Below, one piece after another: positions 46,805 to 56,643 of a stretch of 64,000 nucleotides of DNA. The notes below the pieces were generated by a model, which was not told the DNA's origin, ran no database searches, and saw only the letters and a list, made by a program, of their open reading frames with translations. The number at the start of each line of letters is the position of its first letter. Positions within the stretch are counted from its first letter, which is position 1. The position numbers and the translations under genes are program-made. This stretch comes from Candidatus Latescibacterota bacterium (lineage in GTDB: Bacteria; Latescibacterota; UBA2968; UBA8231): NCBI GenBank assembly GCA_965261395.1, contig OZ253462.1, positions 5,984,001-6,048,000 of the forward strand, written 5' to 3'.

Positions 46805-48595
46805 TCACAAAACGAAGAAGATGTATAACAGCCCGCCGAGAATGCCGGCCGATAGGCCGCGCACGATGGCCTTGTTTTCTGGTTTGAGTACCGTTTGTTC
46901 GACCATGTCTCCCCCCCCTAAGACCCCTTCCAACCCCTTGGACACCGCGTCCACGCTGTAGGCTTGGACGCGGCGGTCCCAGCGCACGATGCGGTCGGCG
47001 GCCGTTTCAACTCTGAGAAAGAGGTCGCCATACGCCTCGCGCCGTAGCTCGTTACCCCAAGGGAGCAGCCGCCGGGGTGCCGGCGAATACACCACTCGCG
47101 CTCTGACTAGTCGATAGTAAAGCACGTCGGCCGACGCATCTTCCGGCTGGCGCACTAGCACCTGATAGCCTCGCCCCTGCAATGCCCCAATCAGGGCGTC
47201 CTCGACGACCCAATTGGCCTCGTTTTTTTGGTCTTCAGCCTGTAGGAAAAGCCGCGTGCCCGGGGATAGGGGCAGGGCATCCATTTGGTGGTTTAGGGCG
47301 AGGACAAAGGCTTGGTTGATTAGCTGTAAGTCCGTGGGTGTTTGCTTTTGGCCGCCTTGGGCTTGGGCCGTGCCTTTCCACACCACGCGGACCGTGTTCG
47401 CGCCGCGCAGGGGAATGAAGTGCTCTCGCCCCACGGGTTTACAGGCACTCTGCCAAGTAAAAGGCCCCGGACGCTGAGGCACAGCTTCGAGCGTCACCCG
47501 GATCGCAGCGCCCGCGTCCAAGCTATCCAAGCCGCTCACCAGCAGGCTGGGCGCGGCGTCCTCATCGCTTTGTATGAGAGCCGCGCCTGGTGGCCCTTCC
47601 ACCAAAGAGACATCCGAGAACGCCGGCGCAACTTGCAGGCGCAGGGCCGCGAGGCCGATGGGGTTGGCGCTTTCGTTGCGCCATATGCAGGTGATTGGCC
47701 CTCGCTTGCCCACCTCCATAAATCCAGGCCCCATCGCCATCATAAATCCAAGCTCCAATGCCATCACGGGTAGCGGATCCACCTGCAAGTGCTGGGTCGC
47801 CAAGTCCACTGGACTCTGGCCGGCGACCCGCCCAGTGATCGCCAATGGCAGGGGGCCGAGGTGGGTCGGAGCCACGCGCACCGTCCAAGAGAGCGTGTCG
47901 GCCTGTCCGGGGGCCAAGCTGCCCTCCCAGCGCTGCGGGGGGTCGCCCTCCGGCCAGCTCAGCTCCGGTGGCCAGCTCCAGCTCAGCTCTTCTAAGGGAG
48001 GCCCCGATGCGTCGGCAAAGCGCACAATCGCACGCAAGTCAAAGCGCTCGCCCTGATAGACTCGCTGCGGTTCAATCGACCAAGAAACAGCCGGCGGCGG
48101 GCGCACCGCTAGGTCGAATTCTATCTGATGGGCCGGAGCACCCTGTGGTTCAAGCGAGGAGTAGATCGCGGCGGACCAGCCGATTTTTCTCACCTCGGCG
48201 GCGACTAGGTCGATGTAGAGGGTATCGATATGTTCCCCGGCCAGGGGCCGCGCCGCGTAGTCTATGCCGACTGACGCCTCTTCTAGCTGCGCTTGGCCTA
48301 GTGCCGAACGGACGTTCTGCAACCGCGCGTTCCCGAGGCATCTTAGCTCCGCGCTCACTATGGCTTCGCCATCGCCGGGAAAGTAGTGCAAATAGAGGAT
48401 GGACTGCTGATCCAACGCTGGCCCGGCAATTGCCGGTTGGTCCAAACGCGCACTGAGCGTCGAGCGGGCACTCGCCGGCACCACTGCCGCCCACAGCGCG
48501 ACGACCACCCATATCCCGCGCCAATAACTGCCATAGTTGGCCGCGCCCTCTCCGCCCTGAAGCCCACACCTTCCTACTGTTCCTCGGGTTGTCAT
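46805..48595 (-). CDS. Hypothetical exported protein with beta-rich (Ig-like) domains and C-terminal membrane anchor
   Basis: Long ORF, signal-like segment, hydrophobic C-terminus GGLLYIFFVL; start uncertain. Confidence 0.6.
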   Translation of the reverse strand: MTTRGTVGRCGLQGGEGAANYGSYWRGIWVVVALWAAVVPASARSTLSARLDQPAIAGPALDQQSILYLHYFPGDGEAIVSAELRCLGNARLQNVRSALGQAQLEEASVGIDYAARPLAGEHIDTLYIDLVAAEVRKIGWSAAIYSSLEPQGAPAHQIEFDLAVRPPPAVSWSIEPQRVYQGERFDLRAIVRFADASGPPLEELSWSWPPELSWPEGDPPQRWEGSLAPGQADTLSWTVRVAPTHLGPLPLAITGRVAGQSPVDLATQHLQVDPLPVMALELGFMMAMGPGFMEVGKRGPITCIWRNESANPIGLAALRLQVAPAFSDVSLVEGPPGAALIQSDEDAAPSLLVSGLDSLDAGAAIRVTLEAVPQRPGPFTWQSACKPVGREHFIPLRGANTVRVVWKGTAQAQGGQKQTPTDLQLINQAFVLALNHQMDALPLSPGTRLFLQAEDQKNEANWVVEDALIGALQGRGYQVLVRQPEDASADVLYYRLVRARVVYSPAPRRLLPWGNELRREAYGDLFLRVETAADRIVRWDRRVQAYSVDAVSKGLEGVLGGGDMVEQTVLKPENKAIVRGLSAGILGGLLYIFFVL

Positions 48596-48673
48596 TCGGT
48601 TCGTCCTTCGTCGCTGTTGCCGTGTGCTGGCCAAGCCTAACTCGATTTTTAACTGTAACTTACGTCCAATCCA

Positions 48674-48702
48674 AGCCTAATATACGACGAGGGTACTGTC
48701 AA
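48674..48702 (-). promoter_or_regulatory. Putative sigma70 promoter
   Basis: TTGACA-17 nt-TAGGCT. Confidence 0.5.
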
Positions 48703-48747
48703 GGTAGTTTAGCTCCTGCAAGCCCCGGTCCGCATCCGTAGAAAGGC

Positions 48748-48776
48748 TTGACTGAATCAGCGTGCTCCGATAGGTT
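48748..48776 (+). promoter_or_regulatory. Putative sigma70 promoter
   Basis: TTGACT-17 nt-TAGGTT. Confidence 0.45.
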
Positions 48777-48787
48777 GTACAAACCAG

Positions 48788-48979
48788 CGCGAGGGATGTT
48801 CGGCGCTTGGCCAATTCGTCCATACCGCGCTGTTTTCATCCGCGTTTTTCTTTGAGAGCTATACGAGTTTGGCTATCATCCTGTTGTGCATTGGCACCTT
48901 GTTCACCGTCGCGCATTTTACTGGGCGCACGGATTGGAACGCGGTGCGGCAGAAAAAGTTTCGCCTCTCTTCATGTTAG
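48788..48979 (+). pseudogene. Start-less C-terminal remnant of a CreD-like inner membrane protein
   Basis: Frame reads LGQFVHTALFSSAFFFESYTSLAIILLCIGTLFTVAHFTGRTDW...*; ends with a TGRxDW motif; no ATG in frame. Confidence 0.4.
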
Positions 48980-49629
48980 ACTGGCTATTTCCCGCGCTCG
49001 TCGTGCTCAGTGCACTCGGCCTCGGCGCGTTGTGTGCGCCCATGGCCCTTGCCTTGCGCTGTCGGCGCGAGGGGCTCCCGGAGTCTTGGGAATGGGGTGT
49101 GCGGCTATCCTTTTTTTGGGGGGGGCTAGGGCTTGGTCTGCGGTGGCGCTCCAAGGGCCTTTGCATCGCGCCCGTGCTCTTGGGGCAATTCCTGCCGTAC
49201 CCCTACCTGCCGCTGCGGACCCAAGTGAAGCGGAGGCAAAGAGCACGGCGACAAGCTAAAAAAGAGGCCGCGCCCAAAGCCAGCGAGCGGAACCTGCGCT
49301 CGCTGGTGCGCTTGCTGATCAAGCCCAGCCGCAGGCTATTGGCGAGCCTGCCGCGCACCATGCAGCTCAAAAGGCTGCGGATCCAGGGCCGCTTGGGCTT
49401 TGCCGATCCGGCCCAAACCGGGCGGATATACGGCTATTTACAGGCGGTTGCCGCGGACAAGGGAAAGATACAAATAAACGTCAGCCCGGATTTCGTGCGC
49501 GCGGGGGCCTTTGGCCGCTTGGACTTGGTCGCTCATTTGAACTTGGGCTTGTTAATTTTGCTTTTGGGGCGCTTTGGCCCGCAGGTGGCATACCGCGTGT
49601 TGGCCGCGCGCTTCCGCACCGAAAATTAA
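48973..49629 (+). CDS. DUF2953 (YtfI-like) membrane protein
   Basis: LGFADPAQTGRIYG...VSPDF motif; adjacent to ytfJ-like gene. Confidence 0.75.
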   Translation: MLDWLFPALVVLSALGLGALCAPMALALRCRREGLPESWEWGVRLSFFWGGLGLGLRWRSKGLCIAPVLLGQFLPYPYLPLRTQVKRRQRARRQAKKEAAPKASERNLRSLVRLLIKPSRRLLASLPRTMQLKRLRIQGRLGFADPAQTGRIYGYLQAVAADKGKIQINVSPDFVRAGAFGRLDLVAHLNLGLLILLLGRFGPQVAYRVLAARFRTEN

Positions 49630-49655
49630 GCCCGATCTAAGCCGAGGAGCTTTTC

Positions 49656-50030
49656 ATGGCATCGTCCGTAGAATCCCTAGTCGAGCGCGTCCTAGGCGAG
49701 TTACATCGCATCGTGCAAACCGAAACCGTCATCGGGCAGCCGTTTCAGTCCGGCGACATAACCATTATTCCGGTATCGAAAATATCGTTTGGCTTTGGGG
49801 CCGGCGGAGGGCTGGAGGGCAAGGGGCAGAGCGGGACGGGCGGCGGCGCGAACATCGAACCCATCGCCTTCCTGATCGTCGATGCCGACGGCAGGGTACA
49901 GGTGGTGTCCATCGGCGAGCAGGATGCCGGTTGGGGTCAGATCATCGGGCTGGTGCCCGAGGCCATCGGCAAAATCAAGCAGTTCGTCAGCAAAAATAAA
50001 GATAAAGACGCCAAGGCCGAGTGCGACTGA
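49656..50030 (+). CDS. GerW/YtfJ family protein
   Basis: TETVIGQP, IIPVSKISFGFGAGGG, GGGANIEPIAFL. Confidence 0.9.
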   Translation: MASSVESLVERVLGELHRIVQTETVIGQPFQSGDITIIPVSKISFGFGAGGGLEGKGQSGTGGGANIEPIAFLIVDADGRVQVVSIGEQDAGWGQIIGLVPEAIGKIKQFVSKNKDKDAKAECD

Positions 50031-50036
50031 GCCGCC

Positions 50037-50558
50037 TCAGTGGTGGTCTTGGCTGGTGGGGAACACCTTGAAGCGCCCGTCTAACAATAGGTGGGTGTAC
50101 CAACCGGCGATGCAGGCAATAAAGAAAACCACGTGCCCTTCCAGCAGAGCGTGGACGTTGTCCCAGGTAAATTCCCCCAGAAAAGCCTGCCGCGCTCGCC
50201 AGTACTCGTAGGTCGTGCCCAGCAACCCGACGGTGATGAATGGGCTGATTTTCCAGTGCGTCCAGCCTCGGTGGTGATCCAAAAGCGGTAGGACGCACAA
50301 GACGCCTACTATAGTCGCCAACTCGTAGTGCTCGGTCCAGCCCAGGTAGAGCAAGGTGCAGAAGACGCCGCGGAAAAACCACCGCTGCGCCACCGAAGCC
50401 GTGTCCAAGTCGGGAAAAAGGGAGAAGAATAGCGCGGTGCCGACAATGGCGACTTGAGTCGTCAGGTCATCGGGCGCGACATAGCCGGAGTAAACCGCGC
50501 CCGCCGCCACTCCGCTGCCCGCGACGGCTCCTCCCAAGACATGGCCTCTGAAGTTCAC
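50037..50558 (-). CDS. Membrane metal-dependent hydrolase (YdjM-like)
   Basis: GH at N-terminus, LFPDLD, HRGWTH, HLLLD. Confidence 0.85.
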   Translation of the reverse strand: MNFRGHVLGGAVAGSGVAAGAVYSGYVAPDDLTTQVAIVGTALFFSLFPDLDTASVAQRWFFRGVFCTLLYLGWTEHYELATIVGVLCVLPLLDHHRGWTHWKISPFITVGLLGTTYEYWRARQAFLGEFTWDNVHALLEGHVVFFIACIAGWYTHLLLDGRFKVFPTSQDHH

Positions 50559-51616
50559 GACCCCAACTCATTTTTTTGCCGGTGGTAGAGCTGGCCGCAA
50601 GCCGCGTCGATGTCCCGCCCGCGACTGTGGCGCACGGTAAACTCGACGCCGCAGCCTCTGAGTACTTGGTAAAACTGTTCTAGACGCTGGCGGTTGGGTC
50701 GGCGGAAGCGGCGGTCCGCATCCGTTTCGTTGTAGGGTATGAGGTTGATCTTGCAGGGAATGTCGCGGGTCAGTTCGGCCAGCCGCCGCGCGTCTGCATC
50801 CGCATCGGTCAACCCGGCCATGAGCACGTATTCAAAGGTGACGCCGTAGCCGCGACAGGCGAAAAATTCGCGCGCGACCGCCAAGAGGTCGGCGATTTTG
50901 TACTTGCGGTTGATCGGCATTAGCTGCTCGCGTATCTCGTCGGTCGTGGCGTTGAGCGAGATGGCCAACCCCACATTGAGATCTTCGGCCATGAGCCGGC
51001 GGATGCCCGGAATGTACCCCGCGGTGGACACCGTGACTTTCCGCCCCCCCAACCCAATGCCCTCTTTTAGGCGCATCAGCTTTAGGGCGCGCGCGACCGC
51101 CGAGTAGTTGAGCAGCGGCTCGCCCATCCCCATCATCACCACATTGGTCACCTTCTCGCCCCGCTCACGGGCAAAGTGGTCCACCTGCAAGAGTTGATCG
51201 ACGATCTGCCCGGCTTCGAGGTTGGCTATCATTCCCATCCGCCCGGTGGCGCAGAACTTGCAGTCGAGTGGACAGCCCACTTGCGACGACAAGCACGCCG
51301 TGCGCCGGGTGCCATCGACGATCAGCACGGACTCGATCCGCTGCCCAGTGGGTAGCTCAAAGAGGAATTTGACGGCCTCGCCTGTGGCCGATTCTTGGCG
51401 CTTGACGAGGTTCAGGCAAGTAATGCGTGTCTGCTCGGCGAGCTTTTCCCGCAGAGTTTTGGAGACATTGGTCATCTCGCGGACGTCACGCACCCCTTTG
51501 GCGTAGAGCCAATCGAGAATCTGACGGGTACGGTACGCCGGTTCGTCGAGCTCACCGACGAGCCGGTCGAGCTCGATGGGCAGCATAGCTTTTAGATCGT
51601 AGAGCCGACTAGCCAT
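50555..51616 (-). CDS. rlmN: 23S rRNA/tRNA adenine C2-methyltransferase (radical SAM)
   Basis: SSQVGCPLDCKFCATG, MGMGEP, DIDAACGQL. Confidence 0.97.
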   Translation of the reverse strand: MASRLYDLKAMLPIELDRLVGELDEPAYRTRQILDWLYAKGVRDVREMTNVSKTLREKLAEQTRITCLNLVKRQESATGEAVKFLFELPTGQRIESVLIVDGTRRTACLSSQVGCPLDCKFCATGRMGMIANLEAGQIVDQLLQVDHFARERGEKVTNVVMMGMGEPLLNYSAVARALKLMRLKEGIGLGGRKVTVSTAGYIPGIRRLMAEDLNVGLAISLNATTDEIREQLMPINRKYKIADLLAVAREFFACRGYGVTFEYVLMAGLTDADADARRLAELTRDIPCKINLIPYNETDADRRFRRPNRQRLEQFYQVLRGCGVEFTVRHSRGRDIDAACGQLYHRQKNELGS

Positions 51617-51735
51617 CTCTAAAAGTCCTTGACGCTTAAATGTAAAAGTATATATGTTAAAGGTTTACTGACATTGGTCAACGGTTCCCCTCCCCCCAAC
51701 CGTTGCCAGGCCTTTTTTTTTCCTCCCCATAGATT

Positions 51736-53067
51736 TTGCCCATGCGATTCGGATTTGCCATCTGGTTCTGGGGCATCCTCTTGAGCAGCCTTGCGCTTAT
51801 GGCGCTGCGCTTGGGGATGTCCTCTCAGCACTCGGCGGTCACAGCCGCCCACTCCGGGGAGGAAATGCCCTTCGTGGCCTTTGCTCCGGCCGCTTCGGCC
51901 GCAGTTTGGGAGCCGCCCTTTGTCGGCCCGCCGATTCCGCCCCCGCCCGACGATCCCACGCGGACGATTGCCGCCGCGCTGAGCCGAGGGGATTCCATTG
52001 ATCGCTCGTTCAAGCACCACCGCGTCCCGAGCCACCAATTGGAGTCGCTGTACCAAGCGTTATACGCGGTTTTCGACCCCGCGCAGGTCAAGCCGGGTGA
52101 CCACTACGAGGTTGTAATCGACACCAGCGGCGTCATTCGCCGCTTCCGCTACACACCCCACCGCACCCCAGATCGCCCATTCGAGGTGGAACTGCGCGAC
52201 GGTCAGTTCGTTGGCCGCCAATTGCAGTTGCCGCTGGAGCGACGGGTCGAGCGGCTCGAAGTGCGCATTGAGGACAACCTCTCCAACGCCATCAGCGAAG
52301 CCGGGGAAGGCAGCGCGCTCAGCGACTTGCTCGTCGATGACATATTCGGCGCAGTCATCGACTTCCAGCGCGACCCGCGCCGCGGTGATCGGCTGGGGGT
52401 CGTCTTTGAAAAGCTCTACCTAGACGAGCGCTTCGTCCGCTACGGCCACGTCCTCTTGGCCCGGTACGAAGGCGAACGAGTGACCGAATTGGCGGTCCGC
52501 TATGCTGCCGCCGAGGGGGAGGACGCCTATTATAACGCCAGCGGTCGCTCCCTCGGGCGGATGTTCGTACTCAAGCCCCTCGGGGTCAATCGCATCACCT
52601 CGCGCTTCAACCGCCAACGCTTCCATCCCATCCACAAAAAGCAACATCCCCATCTGGGTACGGACTACGGTGCGGCGACGGGCACCTTGGTGTGGAGTAC
52701 GGCCCGCGGACAGATCGCGTACGCCGGCTGGAAAAGCGGCTACGGCAAGCTGGTCGAAATCGTCCACTCCAATGGCTACCGCACCCGCTACGCACACCTG
52801 AGCAAGATATTGGTTCGCAAGGGCGAGCTCGTACAGCAGAAAGATATTATCGGCAAAGTTGGTTCTACAGGACTCGCGACCGGCCCTCACCTACACTACG
52901 AAATCATCAAAGACGGCCACCACATCAATCCCGAACACATCAACACAGGCAGTGTCATCCCAACCCTAGCCGACGACCTGTTGCCCGACTTCGTCCACAA
53001 GCGCGACGCGCTCTTGCACGTCCTCGCGCTTGGCCAGCGCACTTGGCGTCTCGCCTCGGCCCCTTGA
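51736..53067 (+). CDS. M23 peptidoglycan DD-endopeptidase (MepM/Csd3-like)
   Basis: HLGTD, YAHLS, GSTGLATGPHLH. Confidence 0.92.
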   Translation: MPMRFGFAIWFWGILLSSLALMALRLGMSSQHSAVTAAHSGEEMPFVAFAPAASAAVWEPPFVGPPIPPPPDDPTRTIAAALSRGDSIDRSFKHHRVPSHQLESLYQALYAVFDPAQVKPGDHYEVVIDTSGVIRRFRYTPHRTPDRPFEVELRDGQFVGRQLQLPLERRVERLEVRIEDNLSNAISEAGEGSALSDLLVDDIFGAVIDFQRDPRRGDRLGVVFEKLYLDERFVRYGHVLLARYEGERVTELAVRYAAAEGEDAYYNASGRSLGRMFVLKPLGVNRITSRFNRQRFHPIHKKQHPHLGTDYGAATGTLVWSTARGQIAYAGWKSGYGKLVEIVHSNGYRTRYAHLSKILVRKGELVQQKDIIGKVGSTGLATGPHLHYEIIKDGHHINPEHINTGSVIPTLADDLLPDFVHKRDALLHVLALGQRTWRLASAP

Positions 53068-53103
53068 CATAAGCATCGCTCTAGTTTTATTGGCCCTCTT
53101 GCT

Positions 53104-53583
53104 ATGGAACCAAACACGCTGCAAGAAATCGAAAATCTGGCCGAGCGCGACGGTCGCTATAAGAGCGATGCGTATCTCTTTGTGTACGATGCGCTAGGAT
53201 ACACGGTGCAAAGGCTCGGCAGGGACAAGGACGCCTTGAGCGAAGAGAAGCGGCACATGGGTGGACTTCCCCAAGCGTCGGCCGAATTTTCAGGGGACAA
53301 GGACGCCTTGAGCGAAGAGAAGCGGCACATTTCCGGCCGGGAGCTGCTCTTTGGCATTAGCGAGTACAGCGCCGATCAATTTGGGCCGCTTACCTGCTCG
53401 GTCTTTGCCTACTGGGGCATTGAGCAAACGCGCGATTTTGGCGAGATTATCTTCAACTTGGTCGGCGCGAAATTGCTGCGCAAGACAGATGAGGATCGGA
53501 TTGAAGACTTCGTCGATGTGTACGACTTTGCCGAGGAATTCGACTGGAAGAAGCGCAAGGCCGACCTCAAGCGCCTGTCCTGA
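53104..53583 (+). CDS. Conserved small protein (Minf_1886-like family) carrying a 24-aa in-frame insertion
   Basis: RY..DAYLFV..AL, RHISGRELL, FG.L...V..WGI..T.DFGEIIFNLV. Confidence 0.75.
   Translation: MEPNTLQEIENLAERDGRYKSDAYLFVYDALGYTVQRLGRDKDALSEEKRHMGGLPQASAEFSGDKDALSEEKRHISGRELLFGISEYSADQFGPLTCSVFAYWGIEQTRDFGEIIFNLVGAKLLRKTDEDRIEDFVDVYDFAEEFDWKKRKADLKRLS
53222..53330 (+). repeat. Perfect 37-bp direct repeats flanking a 35-bp unique spacer
   Basis: 53222-53258 identical to 53294-53330; spacer 53259-53293. Confidence 0.95.
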
Positions 53584-53598
53584 GCGCGGGACGCGAAG

Positions 53599-54804
53599 AT
53601 GAAAATCGCCTATTTCGACTGCTTCTCAGGTATCAGCGGCGACATGATCTTGGGTGCCTTGCTCGACGCTGGTCTCGCGCTAGAGGACCTCAACCGAGAA
53701 ATCGCCAAGCTGGGCGTACAGGACGTCGCCATTGAACGCGAACCCACCGCCCGGCACGCCATTGCTGCCACCCGCGCCAAAGTCTGCGTGGCCGGCGCGC
53801 CTTTGGCCGACGCCGAGCATCATCTTGATCTGTCTGGCGAGCACACGCACGCTCACGCTCACCTCAGCGATATAACCAGCCGCATTGCCGACAGCCGCTT
53901 AGACGGCGTCGTCAAGGAACGCTCCATCCGCGTCTTTGAGCGCCTGTGTGCAGCCGAAGCCGAGGTGCACAACGCCGCGCCGGCCGAAGTCGCCCTGCAC
54001 GAAGTGGGGGCCCTCGACGCCCTGATAGACGTAGTGGGGGCCGTGGCCGGACTCCAGCTGTTGGGGGTTGACGAGATCTGCGCTTCGCCCCTGCGCTTTG
54101 GCACGGGTTTTGTGCGCTGTGCGCACGGGCGCTATCCGGTGCCAGTGCCAGGGGTCTTGGCCCTCTGCCGCGACGTGCCGACCGAACAGACCGATATCCG
54201 CGCCGAGCTCGTCACCCCGACCGGGGCGGCGATCATCACCACTTTGGCTCGTTCCTTTGGGCCGCAGCCGCCCTTCTGCCAACAGGCCGTCGGCTATGGC
54301 GCGGGCCGCCGCGACTTAGAGGCCATCCCCAATCTATTGCGCCTGCGCTTGGGCGAGCGTGTGCAGGCCAGCGAGCGCGTGCTGCTGATCGAAGCCAATA
54401 TCGACGACATGAATCCAGAAGTGTACGGCTACCTCTTCGACCGGCTGCTAGCGCAGGGCGCATGCGACGTGTACGCTACGCCGGTCCTCATGAAGAAGGG
54501 CCGCCCGGGCAACGTCCTCAGCGTCCTCGCTCCGGCGGGCCGCTTGGACGAGCTGGCCGCGATCGTCCTGCAAGAAACGACTACCATCGGCCTGCGCTAC
54601 TACGGGGTGGAACGCCGCGTCTTGGAACGCCAGACCCGCGCCGTTGCCACGCCGTACGGGGAGGTCGCCGTCAAGTTTAGCTATATAGACGGACGCGGCC
54701 GCGCCGCTCCTGAATACGAGGACTGCGCGCGGCTAGCCCAAGAGCATCAAGTGCCCTTGCTCTCCGTATATGAGGCCGCTCGCGCGGCCGCCACCAAGGA
54801 GTAG
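53599..54804 (+). CDS. larC: Nickel-pincer cofactor nickel insertase
   Basis: YFDCFSGISGDM, His-rich patch, HEVGALD, ELVTPTGAA, MKKGRPG, ETTTIG, PEYED. Confidence 0.95.
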   Translation: MKIAYFDCFSGISGDMILGALLDAGLALEDLNREIAKLGVQDVAIEREPTARHAIAATRAKVCVAGAPLADAEHHLDLSGEHTHAHAHLSDITSRIADSRLDGVVKERSIRVFERLCAAEAEVHNAAPAEVALHEVGALDALIDVVGAVAGLQLLGVDEICASPLRFGTGFVRCAHGRYPVPVPGVLALCRDVPTEQTDIRAELVTPTGAAIITTLARSFGPQPPFCQQAVGYGAGRRDLEAIPNLLRLRLGERVQASERVLLIEANIDDMNPEVYGYLFDRLLAQGACDVYATPVLMKKGRPGNVLSVLAPAGRLDELAAIVLQETTTIGLRYYGVERRVLERQTRAVATPYGEVAVKFSYIDGRGRAAPEYEDCARLAQEHQVPLLSVYEAARAAATKE

Positions 54805-54811
54805 TCCCATC

Positions 54812-55573
54812 ATGTTGCGGTTGATCTTATGTGCGTTATGGCTGGTTCCCCCCGTGTCCAGCACGGGGCAAGCCGCGGAATGGCCGGCTTATAGCGGCGA
54901 CCTAGACGAATTCGACAATATCCAGCGCCTGCCCTCGGGCGAAGGCCCAGACCGCCTCGTGCTCGGCGATCACAACGGCCGCATCCACGTCTATGAAGAG
55001 CGCGACCACACCTATACCGGGGTGTGGGATAGCGACTATCTCGAAGGGGCCGTGGCCGGCGTGTTCGTCCTCGACATCAACGACGACCAGCTCGACGAAA
55101 TCGTCGCCTATACCGACCAAGGCCGCGTGTATTACTTCGACTCTCAGGACTACACGCTGCTGTGGAGCAACTCGCCGAATGAATACGCCCGCATTACCAG
55201 CCTGACCATCGGCGACATTGACGACGATCCCCAGCCCGAGATTGTGTTCTGCGCCGATGGCCGCTTAATCGTGTACGACGGCCGCGACCAGTACGAGCAG
55301 TGGCGCAGCGACCAAACCGACTTGACGGCTCATCAGATCCTCATCGGCGACGTAGATGGGGACGACGAAGACGAGATCGTACTCAACGATGGCTACGTGT
55401 TTGACGCCCGCTTCTTCGACTTGGAGTGGAAATCGCCCCAGCCGTTTGGCGAGCGCATGGGCCTGCTCGATCTCGACGGGGACCAGATTCCCGAGGTCAT
55501 CGGCGAGTTTCAGGGCCGCTACCTGCGCATCTTTGACATCGATCTCCGGCGGGAAAAGTCGCTCAGCCGCTAG
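54812..55573 (+). CDS. Secreted FG-GAP/VCBS-like repeat protein
   Basis: Signal peptide; DINDDQLDEI, DIDDDPQPEI, DVDGDDEDEI, DLDGDQIPEV repeats. Confidence 0.75.
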   Translation: MLRLILCALWLVPPVSSTGQAAEWPAYSGDLDEFDNIQRLPSGEGPDRLVLGDHNGRIHVYEERDHTYTGVWDSDYLEGAVAGVFVLDINDDQLDEIVAYTDQGRVYYFDSQDYTLLWSNSPNEYARITSLTIGDIDDDPQPEIVFCADGRLIVYDGRDQYEQWRSDQTDLTAHQILIGDVDGDDEDEIVLNDGYVFDARFFDLEWKSPQPFGERMGLLDLDGDQIPEVIGEFQGRYLRIFDIDLRREKSLSR

Positions 55574-55651
55574 CGGCCCGGCCTTGACACCCCGGCGGCG
55601 ACCGGCGTATATACTCCCTCTCATACCAAACACCAACAAGGAGCGACTGCA

Positions 55652-56641
55652 ATGCGACCCGTCACCCTCTTCACTGGCCAGTGGGCCGACCTGCCTATCG
55701 AGACCCTCTGCCAACAGGCCGTTGAATTTGGCTACGATGGCTTGGAGCTGGCCTGCTGGGGAGACCACTTTGAGGTTGACCAAGCCACAGACGCCTATTG
55801 TCAGGCCAAGCGCGAACTGCTCGCAAAATACGATCTAGCGCTGTTTTCCATTTCCAATCACCTCGTCGGCCAAGCCGTGTGCGACGCCATTGACAGCCGC
55901 CACCAAGCCATCTTGCCCCCGCGCATCTTCGGCGACGGCAGCCCAGAGGGCGTGCGCCAGCGCGCGGCCGAAGAGATGATCGCCACCGGTCACGCGGCCG
56001 CCCGGCTCGGGGTGGACGTAGTCAACGGCTTTACCGGCTCCTCGATCTGGTCCCTGCTCTATTCATTCCCACCGGTATCCCCCGACATGATCGAGGCTGG
56101 GTACGCGGATTTTGCCGCGCGCTGGAAACCCATCCTCGACCAATACCAAGCGCTCGGCGTCAAGTTCGCGCTAGAGGTACACCCCACGGAAATCGCCTTT
56201 GATATTGCCTCGGCTGAGCGCGCCATCCAAGCACTCGACGGCCACCCGGCCTTTGGCTTCAACTACGACCCCAGTCACCTCGGCTACCAAGGCGTGGACT
56301 ACGTCGAGTTTATCTACCGGTTCAGCGACCGCATCTTCCACGTCCACATGAAGGACGTAGGCTGGTCCGCGACGCCGACCGACGCCGGTGTCTTCGGCGG
56401 GCACACCGAGTTTGGCGACCGCCGCCGCTATTGGGACTTCCGCTCGTTGGGCCGCGGCAATATCGACTTCGAGGAAATCATCCGCGCCCTCAACCGCATC
56501 AACTACCAAGGGCCGCTGTCGGTCGAATGGGAAGACAGCGGCATGGATCGCGTCCACGGCGCGACGGAAGCGGCCGCCTTCGTCAAACAGGTCGATTTCC
56601 CTCCCTCGGACATTGCCTTTGACGCGGCGTTTGAGGACTAG
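55652..56641 (+). CDS. Sugar phosphate isomerase/epimerase (AP_endonuc_2 TIM barrel)
   Basis: [32 protein letters not shown]. Confidence 0.9.
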   Translation: MRPVTLFTGQWADLPIETLCQQAVEFGYDGLELACWGDHFEVDQATDAYCQAKRELLAKYDLALFSISNHLVGQAVCDAIDSRHQAILPPRIFGDGSPEGVRQRAAEEMIATGHAAARLGVDVVNGFTGSSIWSLLYSFPPVSPDMIEAGYADFAARWKPILDQYQALGVKFALEVHPTEIAFDIASAERAIQALDGHPAFGFNYDPSHLGYQGVDYVEFIYRFSDRIFHVHMKDVGWSATPTDAGVFGGHTEFGDRRRYWDFRSLGRGNIDFEEIIRALNRINYQGPLSVEWEDSGMDRVHGATEAAAFVKQVDFPPSDIAFDAAFED

Positions 56642-56643
56642 CG

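Noticed and set aside
48973-50030. ytfI/ytfJ (GerW) pair as evidence of sporulation
   Set aside because: This pair is widespread in non-sporulating bacteria and archaea.
53222-53330. Calling this a bona fide CRISPR array
   Set aside because: Only two repeats, derived from coding sequence, with no leader or cas genes; kept only as a possible off-target footprint.
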